In this document: piece by piece, positions 1 to 8,981 of the stretch
How positions within the stretch are numbered: position 1 is the first letter of the stretch
How the letters are laid out: each line of letters begins with the position of its first letter
Assembly: GCA_043775315.1 (NCBI GenBank)
Contig: JAYVSO010000010.1
Coordinates: 17,631 to 81,630, forward strand
DNA: 64,000 nt
Direction of reading: 5' to 3'
Source of the DNA: Verrucomicrobiota bacterium
Lineage (GTDB): Bacteria > Verrucomicrobiota > Verrucomicrobiia > Limisphaerales > CANJSG01
The notes under the pieces: generated by a model
Database searches by the model: none
Told to the model about the DNA's origin: nothing
Seen by the model: only the letters and a program-made list of their open reading frames with translations
Program-made: the position numbers and the translations under genes

Positions 1-472
1 AACCGGCTACATGGAACTTCTCAACTCGCCCTCAGCAACCAACCTGTTTAAGCTACACACGCCGAGGGCAGATTTTACGAACTCACCAGAATGGAAGCTT
101 CGACTGATGTCTCTGATCGGGTTGAACAATTATCAGCGACTTCACCTGAAAGGATTTGAAGTTGCAGGTATGTCGGGGCGAACCGACCCCGGAGCGGCGA
201 CGGAATTGCACTCTTTGATCAAGGAATATGGGAACATCAAAGGTAAGGTCACAGTTGTTGCGGCGGTGACTGGACAACTCCGAACTTCAGTGCCGTGGCC
301 CGCAAAGAAGACCGTTTACGGAGCGGAGTGTTTGAGGCTTTTCCTGCGCGTGCTTGGCGAAAATGGCTTTGTTTTGGTTCAGGAGTCAAACGAGCAAGTC
401 ACCTTTGCCTACACGAATATTTTGATTCCAGTTGGGAAACTTTTACCGGCTAAAGCACCAACAGACTCAGCG
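1..472 (+). other. Low-GC segment of unassigned origin. Its reading frame is open from position 2 and runs into the actP remnant.
   Basis: Visibly AT-richer than the rest of the window. The encoded peptide (..NYQRLHLKGFEVAG..LRLFLRVLGENGFVLVQES..) has no symporter features and no motif I recognise. Confidence 0.4.
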
Positions 473-1501
473 TGGTTAAGCCCCTTCGGCCCGCTTACCA
501 CCAAGGCCACCAAGGCCGCCAAGATCGAAGGCGACGCCGCGCGTCCGTATTCGCTGCTCTACACCTATTCGCTCATCATCGCGCTGGTCTGCGGCACGGC
601 CGGGTTGCCGCACATCCTCGTCCGCTTCTACACCAACCCCGACGGCGTCGCCGCGAAGAAGACCACCATGTGGGTCATGATTCTCATCGGCGTCTTCTAC
701 GTCTTCCCGCCCGTCTTCGGCGTGATGGGACGCAACCTCTTCCCCGAGCTCTACAACGGCGTCGGCGCCAAGGGCACGGACAAGATCGTCCTCGAGCTGC
801 CGCGGTTGCTGAACGAGAAGTATGGCGTCCTCGGCTCCGTGCTTTCCGGCATCACCTGCGCGGGCGCGTTCGCCGCGTTCATGAGCACCTTCTCCGGCCT
901 GCTCGTCTCCATGACCGGCGCGCTGGCCCACGACGTTTACGGCCGCATCTTCCGTCCCAAGTCCACCCCGGAGGAACGCATGAGGATGTTCAAGTGGTGC
1001 GCCGTGCTCATCGGCGCGATGGCCATGCTGCTGGGCAGCTTCGTGGAGAAGCTGGAGATCAACTTCATGGTCGGCCAGGCCTTCGCCATCGCGGCGGCCA
1101 GCTACTTCCCGCTGCTCTTCATGAGCGTGTGGTGGCGCGGCATGACGCTGAAGGGCGCGGCCACGGGCATGTTGGCGGGCGGGACTCTGTCGGTCGTAGC
1201 CATCTCGCTGACGAGCTTCACCACGCTGGCGGCGGGGACGGATTCGCTCGCGCAGTCGCTCTCGATGTTCAAGCCGCTGATCGCCTTCTTCGCGGAGCAT
1301 CCGCTCCTGCGCATCCTCTGCGAACAGCCGGCCATCTGGACCGTGCCGCTCGCCATCACGCTGATGGTCGTCGTCTCCAAGCTGACCCGACGCGAAGTCC
1401 CGGCCGACATCCGCATGAAGATGCTCGTCCTCCACGCACCCGAGAAACTCGGCCTCAAGCAGGAATACATCCAGGAACACCAGGCCGGGCCGGGGCACTG
1501 A
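473..1501 (+). pseudogene. actP: Cation/acetate symporter (sodium:solute symporter family, ActP-like), C-terminal ~340 aa only; N-terminal part missing
   Basis: GTAGLPHILVRFYT motif followed by multiple hydrophobic helices typical of the C-terminal half of ActP/SSS proteins. The high-GC part starts abruptly near 473. The ORF track fuses it to unrelated upstream sequence. Confidence 0.6.
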
Positions 1502-1550
1502 AGAGAGCGGGTGGGCAGGCGGGCAGGTGGGAAAGTGGGCCAGGGAGCAA

Positions 1551-1711
1551 GGTAGGGCGAAGGCTCCTGCCGAGCCGCCTCGTGGCGATCTCATGACAAG
1601 ACGCTTTCTCGGGGGACGCTTGAGCCGCCCATCAACCGTCAGGCGTTGCCGCCGTTGCGTATCGGTTCTCAGTAACCCCAGCGGCGGCTCGGCAGGAGCC
1701 TTCGCCCTACC
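1551..1711. repeat. Perfect 29-bp inverted repeat (GGTAGGGCGAAGGCTCCTGCCGAGCCGCC, arms 1551-1579 and 1683-1711) around a ~103-nt spacer
   Basis: Read directly from the sequence. It lies between the convergent actP and phoR stops. Both strands translate to the same ..GGSAGAFALPC.. peptide in the ORF track. Confidence 0.8.
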
Positions 1712-1789
1712 ATGCTGAGAACTTCGCGTTCCTTCGGCCTGATCCGCGTCTTCTGCGGTTGTTCCCCTTCGCGCGCTTCGCGGATCAAC

Positions 1790-2977
1790 TCAAGCGGCGG
1801 CCGGGAGGGTGAAGTAGAACGTGGTTCCCTTCCCGAGCTCGCTGTCGACGCGCACTTCGCCGCCGTGGGCCTGGATGATGTGCTTCACGATGCTGAGGCC
1901 GAGGCCGGTGCCGCCCTGCTCGCGCGAGCGGGCCTTGTCCACGCGGTAGAAACGTTCGAAGACGCGTTCGCGGGCGTCGGGTGGAATGCCGGGGCCGTCG
2001 TCGCGCACCCAGGCTTCGACCGTGCCGTCCGCCCGCCTTGAACCTCCGACGACGACGGAGCCTTCCGTGCGGCCATACTTGATCGCGTTGTCGATGAGGT
2101 TGAAGAGCACCTGCTGGAGGCGGTCCGCATCGGCCGGCGCTTCGATGTCGGCCGGGAACTCGTTCACCAGTTTCACGCGGCGCTCCGCCGCCTTGGACTG
2201 GAGATCGTCGAGCACGTGCTGGATCTCGGAACGCATCTCGGTCGTCTGGAGGTTCAGGACGACCTGGCCGGAATCCAGTTTGGACAGGAGGAGCAGATCC
2301 TCGATGAGGTAGGCGAGGCGGTCGGCGTGCTTTTCGATGACGTGGAGGAACTTGGTCTGGACCTCGGGATTGTCCTTCGCGCCGTCGAGCAGCGTCTCCA
2401 CGTAGCCCTTGATGAGCGACAACGGCGTGCGGAGTTCATGGCTTACATTGGCGACGAATTCCTGGCGGGTGCTCTCCAGTTGCTTGAGCCGCGTGACTTC
2501 ATGGAAGACGAGCACCGCGCCGTCGTAGATCCCGTCGCCGCCGCTGAGGGCCACGGCGTTGACGCGGAGATAACGCGGCTCGATTCCCGCCAGGCAGACT
2601 TCCACGTCGAGCACCTGTTTCTGCCGCGCGACCTGCTGGACCACGTCGGAGATCTCATGGCGGCGGAAGGCCTCGATGACGCTCTGCCCGAGCACGTCGC
2701 CCTGGGCGTTGAGCATGGAACGCGCGGCGCGGTTCAAGGAGACGATCCGGCCGTCGAGATCCACGACGATGACCGCCTCGATCATGCTGTTGAAGATGGC
2801 GTCCTGCCGACGGACCAATTCGGAGCGGTCGTCCTCGGTCTCCTGCCGGGCCTTCGAGACGTCGGAATGGAGCTTGGAATGTTCCTCCGCGATGAATCTC
2901 TGGAGACGGCGGCGATCCCGCCACAGCCAAACGGCCAGGGCGGCGGAGAAACCGGCAATAATCCAGCCGAGGTTCAT
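1790..2977 (-). CDS. phoR: Phosphate regulon sensor histidine kinase PhoR (TM-PAS-HisKA-HATPase)
   Basis: N-terminal TM helix, PAS-like segment, H-box VSHELRTPL, and G-boxes GGTGLGLSIVKHII. Adjacent to phoB/phoU/pstSCAB. Confidence 0.9.
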   Translation of the reverse strand: MNLGWIIAGFSAALAVWLWRDRRRLQRFIAEEHSKLHSDVSKARQETEDDRSELVRRQDAIFNSMIEAVIVVDLDGRIVSLNRAARSMLNAQGDVLGQSVIEAFRRHEISDVVQQVARQKQVLDVEVCLAGIEPRYLRVNAVALSGGDGIYDGAVLVFHEVTRLKQLESTRQEFVANVSHELRTPLSLIKGYVETLLDGAKDNPEVQTKFLHVIEKHADRLAYLIEDLLLLSKLDSGQVVLNLQTTEMRSEIQHVLDDLQSKAAERRVKLVNEFPADIEAPADADRLQQVLFNLIDNAIKYGRTEGSVVVGGSRRADGTVEAWVRDDGPGIPPDARERVFERFYRVDKARSREQGGTGLGLSIVKHIIQAHGGEVRVDSELGKGTTFYFTLPAAA

Positions 2978-3005
2978 TCAGGGACGGCGACTTGCGGCCC
3001 GCTGT

Positions 3006-3689
3006 TCAGGCCTCGACGAAACGGTAGCCGACGCCACGGACGGTATCGAGGTATTTGGCCGACTTGCCGAGCTTCTCGCGGAGGCGGCGCATGTGGGTGT
3101 CGACCGTCCGGGTATCGATGAGGTTGTCGTATTCCCAGACGTCCTGAAGCAGCTGCTCGCGTGACTGCACACGGCCTTTCCGTTGTGCGAGAGTCGTGAG
3201 GAGCTTGAACTCGGTCGCGGTCAGTTCGACGCGTTTCCCAGAACTGCTGACCAGGTGCCGCGGAACGTCGATCGTCAGATCGCCGATCTCGATCCGGTCG
3301 GACTTCTCCTCGGGCACTTTGCCGCGGTCGAGGATCTTGCGGATGCGGAGGACGAGTTCGCGCGGGCTGAAGGGCTTGGTGACGTAGTCGTCCGCGCCAA
3401 GTTCCAAGCCGAGCACGCGGTCGATCTCGGCGGCCTTGGCCGTGAGCATGATGATCGGGATGTGGGCCACCGAGGGATCGCGGCGGATGATCTTGCAGAC
3501 CTCCAGGCCGTCGACTTCGGGAAGCATCACGTCGAGCACGAGCAGGTCGGGCTGGTATTCCTTGGCGCGCTTGAGGGCTTCGGCGCCGTCCGCGGCGGTC
3601 ACGACGTCGAATCCGGCGGCCTTCAGGTTGAAGGAAACCAGCTCGACGGCATCCGGCTCGTCGTCGACGACAAGGATCTTGGGTTTCAT
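3006..3689 (-). CDS. phoB: Phosphate regulon response regulator PhoB (OmpR family)
   Basis: Receiver domain (VVDDE..LDVMLP..TKPF) plus winged-helix C-terminus (LTATEFKLL..VRGVGYRF). Sits in the Pho cluster. Confidence 0.9.
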   Translation of the reverse strand: MKPKILVVDDEPDAVELVSFNLKAAGFDVVTAADGAEALKRAKEYQPDLLVLDVMLPEVDGLEVCKIIRRDPSVAHIPIIMLTAKAAEIDRVLGLELGADDYVTKPFSPRELVLRIRKILDRGKVPEEKSDRIEIGDLTIDVPRHLVSSSGKRVELTATEFKLLTTLAQRKGRVQSREQLLQDVWEYDNLIDTRTVDTHMRRLREKLGKSAKYLDTVRGVGYRFVEA

Positions 3690-3693
3690 AGAA

Positions 3694-4116
3694 TCAATTC
3701 TTCACCGGGTCCTGCGGCATCGTGCGGTCGAGCACGGCGCGAACACGAAGGACGAGTTCCTTCGGACTGAAGGGCTTCACGACATAGTCGGCCCCGCCAA
3801 ATTCGAGGCCGAGCACACGGGCGTCCTCGGAGCTCCAGCTCGTGACGAAGATCACCGGCGTGCGGGTATTTTCAGGGGATCGCCGGAGCATCTCGCAGAC
3901 GGCGAATCCGTCCATCTCCGGCAGCATGACGTCCAGGAGGATGATGTCGGGATGCGTCTCGGCGGCGCGGAGCAAGGCCTGCGCGCCATCGCCGGCGGTC
4001 ACGACATCGAAGCCGGCCCCGCGGAGGTTGAAGGAGATCAGTTCGGCGATGTCTTCCTCGTCATCGACTACCAGAACGCGGCGGCGATCCGTGCGTTCAG
4101 GAATTGCTGGAACCAT
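3694..4116 (-). CDS. Stand-alone receiver-domain response regulator, close paralog of the PhoB receiver
   Basis: VLVVDDEEDIAELISFNLRGAGFDVV..ILLDVMLPEMDG..VKPFSPKELVLRV aligns residue-for-residue with the PhoB receiver. There is no output domain. The ATG at 4116 is preferred over the track's TTG at 4131. Confidence 0.8.
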   Translation of the reverse strand: MVPAIPERTDRRRVLVVDDEEDIAELISFNLRGAGFDVVTAGDGAQALLRAAETHPDIILLDVMLPEMDGFAVCEMLRRSPENTRTPVIFVTSWSSEDARVLGLEFGGADYVVKPFSPKELVLRVRAVLDRTMPQDPVKN

Positions 4117-4771
4117 TTTGCCCTTTTCCAAGATGGCGGATGTCCTCGGCCCTGAAGAGGTAGACGACCTCCTCGGCGATGTTGGTCGCGTGGTCCGCGA
4201 TCCGCTCGAGGCTCTTGGACACCACCATTAAATTCAGCGCGCGCGTGATGGTCGTGGGCTTCTCGATCATGTAGCTCGCGAGCTCGCGATGGAGCTGCTT
4301 GTTGATCGCATCCACGTCCTTGTCGCGCGGGACGATGGCGCGGGCCTTCTCCGCATCGCCGGTGACGAACGCGTCGAGCGCGTCGCGCAGCATTTCGAGG
4401 CCGGTCTGGGCCATCCGGGGAATGTCGACGTAGGGCTTCAGCTGGGGTTCCTGGCTGAGCTCCAACGCCCGGCGGCAGACCGTCGTGGCCTCGTCGCCCA
4501 CACGCTCGAGGTTCTGGGAAATCTTCATCGCGACGGTGATCAGGCGAAGATCCTTCGCCAACGGCGCCTTCGACAGGAGCGTTATGGCCATCCCGTCGAT
4601 TTCCTTCTCCAACTCGTCGAGGATCGAGTCGTCCTCGATCACGGCGCGCGCGAGGTCGTCATCGCGGTCGACCAGCGCCCGGATGCTGCGCGCGACGGCG
4701 CTGTCCGCCCGGCTGGCCATGGTGAGGAGCGTTTCCTTGAGGCTTGCGAGGTCCTGTTCGAAATGAGTCAT
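4097..4771 (-). CDS. phoU: Phosphate signalling complex protein PhoU
   Basis: Two PhoU repeats (..LERVGDEATTV.. and ..LERIADHATNIAEEV..), directly downstream of pstB. Confidence 0.9.
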   Translation of the reverse strand: MTHFEQDLASLKETLLTMASRADSAVARSIRALVDRDDDLARAVIEDDSILDELEKEIDGMAITLLSKAPLAKDLRLITVAMKISQNLERVGDEATTVCRRALELSQEPQLKPYVDIPRMAQTGLEMLRDALDAFVTGDAEKARAIVPRDKDVDAINKQLHRELASYMIEKPTTITRALNLMVVSKSLERIADHATNIAEEVVYLFRAEDIRHLGKGQNGSSNS

Positions 4772-4801
4772 GGGATGGGTGGAGGTCGAAGGTCAGAAAG
4801 C

Positions 4802-5620
4802 TCAGCCGAAGCGACCGGTGACATAGTCTTCGGTCCGTTTGTTCGCCGGGTTGGTGAAGATCTTCGTGGTCAGATCATATTCGACGAGTTCGCCGATGTA
4901 GAAGAAGGCCGTGTAGTCGGAGATGCGCGTCGCCTGCTGCATGTTGTGGGTGACGATCACGATGGTGAAGTCCTTCTTCAACTCGAGGATCAGCTCCTCG
5001 ACCTTGGCCGTGGCGATGGGATCGAGCGCGCTGGCCGGTTCGTCCATGAGGATGATCTCCGGCCGGATGGCGATGGTGCGGGCGATGCAGAGGCGCTGCT
5101 GCTGGCCGCCGGAAAGCCCGAGGGCGCTGGAGTGCAGCCGGTCCTTGACCTCGTCCCAGAGGGCCGCGCCGCGGAGGCTCTTCTCGACCACCTCGTCCAG
5201 CCCGGCCTTGTCCTTCGTGCCGTGGAGACGGAGGGCGTAGGCGATGTTCTCGTAGATCGACTTCGGAAAGAGATTCGACTTCTGGAAGACCATGCCGACG
5301 CGCTTGCGGAGCTCGATGACGTCGATGTCCTTCGCGTAGATGTCCTCTCCGCCGATGCGGCATTCGCCCGTGATGCGGACGCTGTCGATGAGGTCGTTCA
5401 TCCGGTTGAAGCACCGGAGAAAGGTCGACTTGCCGCAGCCGGAAGGCCCGATGAAGGCGGTCACGAGCTTTTCCTTGATCGTGATATCGATGCCCTTGAG
5501 CGCTTTGGACGTTCCGTAGAAGAGCTCCAAACCCTTCGTCTCGATGAGCGGCACGGCGGATTCCTGCTCGGCGGTGGCCGGCGTAGAACTCGCGTTGGTT
5601 TTGAGGGTGATGGCGGCCAT
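4802..5620 (-). CDS. pstB: Phosphate ABC transporter ATP-binding protein PstB
   Basis: Walker [13 protein letters not shown] signature [13 protein letters not shown], Walker B ILMDEP, and a PstB-type C-terminus. Confidence 0.95.
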   Translation of the reverse strand: MAAITLKTNASSTPATAEQESAVPLIETKGLELFYGTSKALKGIDITIKEKLVTAFIGPSGCGKSTFLRCFNRMNDLIDSVRITGECRIGGEDIYAKDIDVIELRKRVGMVFQKSNLFPKSIYENIAYALRLHGTKDKAGLDEVVEKSLRGAALWDEVKDRLHSSALGLSGGQQQRLCIARTIAIRPEIILMDEPASALDPIATAKVEELILELKKDFTIVIVTHNMQQATRISDYTAFFYIGELVEYDLTTKIFTNPANKRTEDYVTGRFG

Positions 5621-5631
5621 GAATGGATCGT

Positions 5632-6588
5632 TCAGTGCCCGGCCCGCATCGCGCGGCGCATCCGGGCGCGGGCGATGATGGCGAAGGCGTTCAGGGAAAA
5701 GGTCAGAATCAGGAGCACGAGCACCGTGGCGTAGAGGATCGGGCGGGTCTTCTCGATGTCGGGTGACTGCGTCGAAAGCACGAACACGTGGTAGCCCAGG
5801 TCCATGAACTGGTCGCTCAAGTGCGTCGGCAAGTCGGCCATGAAGTAGGCGGCACCCGTGAAGAGAATCGGGGCCACTTCGCCGGCGGCGCGGCTGATCG
5901 CCAAGATGGCTCCGGTCAGGATGCCAGGCAGCGCGTTGGGCACGACGATCTTGACGATGGTCTGGAGCTTGGTAGCACCCATCGCAAGGCTCGCTTCACG
6001 CAGGCCGGGAGCGATGGCTTTAAGCGCTTCCTCGGTGGCCACGATCACGACGGGGAGCGTCATTACGGCCAGCGTGAGGGAGGCCCAGAGAACCGTGGGT
6101 TTGCCGAACTCCGGCGACGCCGCGCCGGTCAGGACGTCGATGTTCTTTCCGAAGAAGTTGATGAAGAAACCCACGCCGAAAAGGCCGAAGACGATGCTGG
6201 GAACGCCCGCGAGGTTGTTGATCGCGGCGCGGATCACGCGGGAGTAGACGGATCCGCTCCTGGCGTATTCCGTCAAGTAGACCGCCGTAATCACGCCGAT
6301 GGGGATGACGAAGATCGTCATGACCAGCACGCGGATCGTGGTTCCGATGATCATGGGCAGGACAGCTGCGGATTTGACGTCGAAGAAGTCCTTCTCCGGA
6401 ATGGTGGAGACGAACCGCCACGAGAGGTTCCCGAAACCGTTGATCGCGATGTTGCCGACGATGATCACCAGGACCACCAGGATCAGCGCGGTGGCGAGCA
6501 GGGTGACGCCGGACCAAATGCCCGACGCGTAGTCGGTCGTCGTCCTGACAAACCGGCGACCCGTGGGTGTTGCGGAATTCGTGCTCAC
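5632..6588 (-). CDS. pstA: Phosphate ABC transporter permease PstA
   Basis: Permease with an EAA-like loop ([20 protein letters not shown]). GTG start at 6588 follows GGAAGGA and overlaps the pstC stop (GTGA). The track ORF to 7368 is a 5' over-extension. Confidence 0.85.
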   Translation of the reverse strand: MSTNSATPTGRRFVRTTTDYASGIWSGVTLLATALILVVLVIIVGNIAINGFGNLSWRFVSTIPEKDFFDVKSAAVLPMIIGTTIRVLVMTIFVIPIGVITAVYLTEYARSGSVYSRVIRAAINNLAGVPSIVFGLFGVGFFINFFGKNIDVLTGAASPEFGKPTVLWASLTLAVMTLPVVIVATEEALKAIAPGLREASLAMGATKLQTIVKIVVPNALPGILTGAILAISRAAGEVAPILFTGAAYFMADLPTHLSDQFMDLGYHVFVLSTQSPDIEKTRPILYATVLVLLILTFSLNAFAIIARARMRRAMRAGH

Positions 6589-7946
6589 TTCTTTCCTTCC
6601 ACGCGGTTCTTGAGGCGATTGATGACGACGTCGCCGATGAGATTGGTCACGAAGGTCACGGCGAAGAGCAGCGTGCCGAGCATGAACAGGATCCGGTAGT
6701 GGTGCCCGCCCGAGACCGCCTCGGCCATCTCGGCCGCGATCGTCGTCGTGATGCTGCGGGCCGAATCGAAGATATTGAAGCCCATCACCGGCGCCGAGCA
6801 GACCATGAGGACGATCATCGTCTCGCCGATGGCGCGGCCGAACCCGAGGACCACCGCCGCGAAGACGCCGGGCATCGCGGCCGGCAGAACGATGTCCCAA
6901 GCCGTCTTCCACTTCGAAACCCCCAACGCCAGCGCCGCCTGCACGTAGCTGCGCGGCACACTGGTCAGCGCGTCCTCGGCGATCGAGAAAATCAGCGGGA
7001 TCACCGCGAAGCTGAGGGCGATCCCGGCCACGAAGGCGTTCAACCGGGTCTCGTATCCCAGAAGCCCCTGCAGGAAGCTGGCCATCACGATCAGCGCGAA
7101 GGTGCCGATGACCACGCTCGGAACACCCGACAGGAGCTCGATGCCTGGCTTGACCAGTTCCCGAACCCGCGGCGACGCGAGCTGGGAGACGTAGATGGCG
7201 GCACCAAGCGCGAGAGGCACCGCGAAGAGCAGACCGATGAGCGTCGTCTTCAAACTGCCGATGAAGAGGGGGACGATGTTGTATTTGTGGATGTTTCCCA
7301 CCGGCTGCCAGATGTATTCCGGTTCGCTGTAACCGGTCCATTGATGGGGACCGACGAGATAACGCCACTCGGCGGAATTGAGCTTGGCGTCCTTGTCCTG
7401 GCCGAAATCCCTGTTCTTCTCCTTGAAGCTCTCCTCACGGATCTCCATCAGCAGTTGCATCGTGTCCTTCAGCTGGAGCGCCAGCAACTCGCGAACGGCC
7501 GGAAGGTCGGCTGGCTTCAATCCCGCAACGTTCTTCATAACCTTGGCGGCGGCTTTCTCGATGTCGGCGGGACAATGGTTCGCCAGCTTGGTGCGGACCT
7601 CTTCCGGCTCGATCTTCAGTTTCTCCGCCAGGTCGGCGGGCGAAAGCTCCTTGAGCTCCTTGGACAACTCACGGCCGAACCGCGCCAGCTTGTCCTCAAG
7701 GTCGTTCTTGGTGATCCGGAGGTAGGCAAGGAGTTCAACGGCCGTGCGCCTCTCCAGGTCGGACACGGGCAACGCGTCTTCGATCCCGGCGGCGTTTACA
7801 TCTCCCGTGAAGACAGGCCACGCCTCACGCCCTACAAAGACAAAAATCAGGAAAATCAGGCCGATGGTGGACGACGCGACGAGGAAGATGAGCTTCTCGG
7901 CGATCCACTCCGCCGGACGCGCCTTGTGGCCCCGGTGGATGCCCAT
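6585..7946 (-). CDS. pstC: Phosphate ABC transporter permease PstC, long form with ~190-aa charged insertion after TM1
   Basis: The C-terminal two thirds is a typical PstC permease (..EDALTSVPRSYVQAALALGVSKW..). ATG at 7946 chosen because the track start at 8042 is TTG; the true start is uncertain. Confidence 0.8.
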   Translation of the reverse strand: MGIHRGHKARPAEWIAEKLIFLVASSTIGLIFLIFVFVGREAWPVFTGDVNAAGIEDALPVSDLERRTAVELLAYLRITKNDLEDKLARFGRELSKELKELSPADLAEKLKIEPEEVRTKLANHCPADIEKAAAKVMKNVAGLKPADLPAVRELLALQLKDTMQLLMEIREESFKEKNRDFGQDKDAKLNSAEWRYLVGPHQWTGYSEPEYIWQPVGNIHKYNIVPLFIGSLKTTLIGLLFAVPLALGAAIYVSQLASPRVRELVKPGIELLSGVPSVVIGTFALIVMASFLQGLLGYETRLNAFVAGIALSFAVIPLIFSIAEDALTSVPRSYVQAALALGVSKWKTAWDIVLPAAMPGVFAAVVLGFGRAIGETMIVLMVCSAPVMGFNIFDSARSITTTIAAEMAEAVSGGHHYRILFMLGTLLFAVTFVTNLIGDVVINRLKNRVEGKK

Positions 7947-8099
7947 CCAGCCGGCCGAACGGCGCGCGTTGTCTGGCTGGTTGTTGATCACTGTATCAGA
8001 ATAGGGATGGCGGATGACCGTTGCCAAACGACAATTGTGCAACAGGTCATCCGCCCAGGGAATCGGCCGCAGGAGGAACCGTGACCGAAAGAGTTCTGG

Positions 8100-8951
8100 T
8101 TACTTGGAACGGAGGTTGGCCGGGAGCGGGTAGTAGCCGGATTCCTTGACGACCTTCTGGCCTTCGTCGCTCCGGATCCACTTGAGGTAGGCTCCGAGCT
8201 CGCCCTTGTCCTGGGCCGGATTCACGTAGATGAACAGGTGACGCCAGATGGGATACTTGCCGGATATGACGTTCTCCTCCGAGGGCTCGATGGCTTCGCC
8301 GCCCTTGCTGGTGGATATCTTCAGGTGTTTGGCACCGGAGCCGCCGCCGGCACCGGCGTAACCGATGGCGTTCGGGTCCTTGGCGATGCCCTGGATGACG
8401 GCCGCAGTTCCCGGCATGGTCTGGGCGCTGGCAACGAAGTCTTTTCCCTTGAGCACGTTTTCCTTGAAGAACTCGTAGGTGCCGGAGCTGTTCTCACGGC
8501 TGTAGACCACGATCGGAGCATCCGCGCCGCCGAGTTCCTTCCAGTTCTTGATCTTGCCGGTGAAGATGCCTTCCAGCTCTTCAAGGCTCAGGGAAGCGAT
8601 CTTGTTGCCTTCGTTCACGTAGACGGAGAGGCCGTCGAGCGCGACCTTGTATTCCGTGGGGCGTTTGTTGAACGCCTTGACGCAGGCTTCGATCTCCTTG
8701 GCCTTGATCTTGCGGGAAGCGTTGCAGAGGTCGGTGGTGTTGCCCTGGAGCGCGGCGAAGCCGGTGCCGCTGCCGCCGCCGGTGACGGAGATCTTGGCCG
8801 CGGCGTTCTTGCCCATATAGGTCTCGGCCCACTTCTGGGCGACGACGACAAGGGTGTCCGAACCCTTGACGGTGATGCTGCCGGCGAAGGCGGAGGAAGC
8901 AGCCAGGAGGCCGGCCACGGCGGTGGCGAGGATGCGGTTGGTCAGTTTCAT
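8100..8951 (-). CDS. pstS: Phosphate ABC transporter substrate-binding protein PstS (PhoT family)
   Basis: Signal peptide, GSDTL and GGGSGTG motifs, directly upstream of pstC. Confidence 0.9.
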   Translation of the reverse strand: MKLTNRILATAVAGLLAASSAFAGSITVKGSDTLVVVAQKWAETYMGKNAAAKISVTGGGSGTGFAALQGNTTDLCNASRKIKAKEIEACVKAFNKRPTEYKVALDGLSVYVNEGNKIASLSLEELEGIFTGKIKNWKELGGADAPIVVYSRENSSGTYEFFKENVLKGKDFVASAQTMPGTAAVIQGIAKDPNAIGYAGAGGGSGAKHLKISTSKGGEAIEPSEENVISGKYPIWRHLFIYVNPAQDKGELGAYLKWIRSDEGQKVVKESGYYPLPANLRSK

Positions 8952-8981
8952 AGTCTTGGAAGTCGTGGTTCGGAATACCGG

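Noticed and set aside
5632-7368. Long N-terminal extensions in the track ORFs for pstA, 27540..28535, 30104..30901, 30538..31725, 47745..48722, 48556..49764 and 59260..62568
   Set aside because: The extensions overlap the upstream gene and are Arg/Pro/Gly-rich. Internal start codons sit right after (or 4 nt overlapping) the upstream stop and give normal-length proteins with signal peptides or canonical N-termini.
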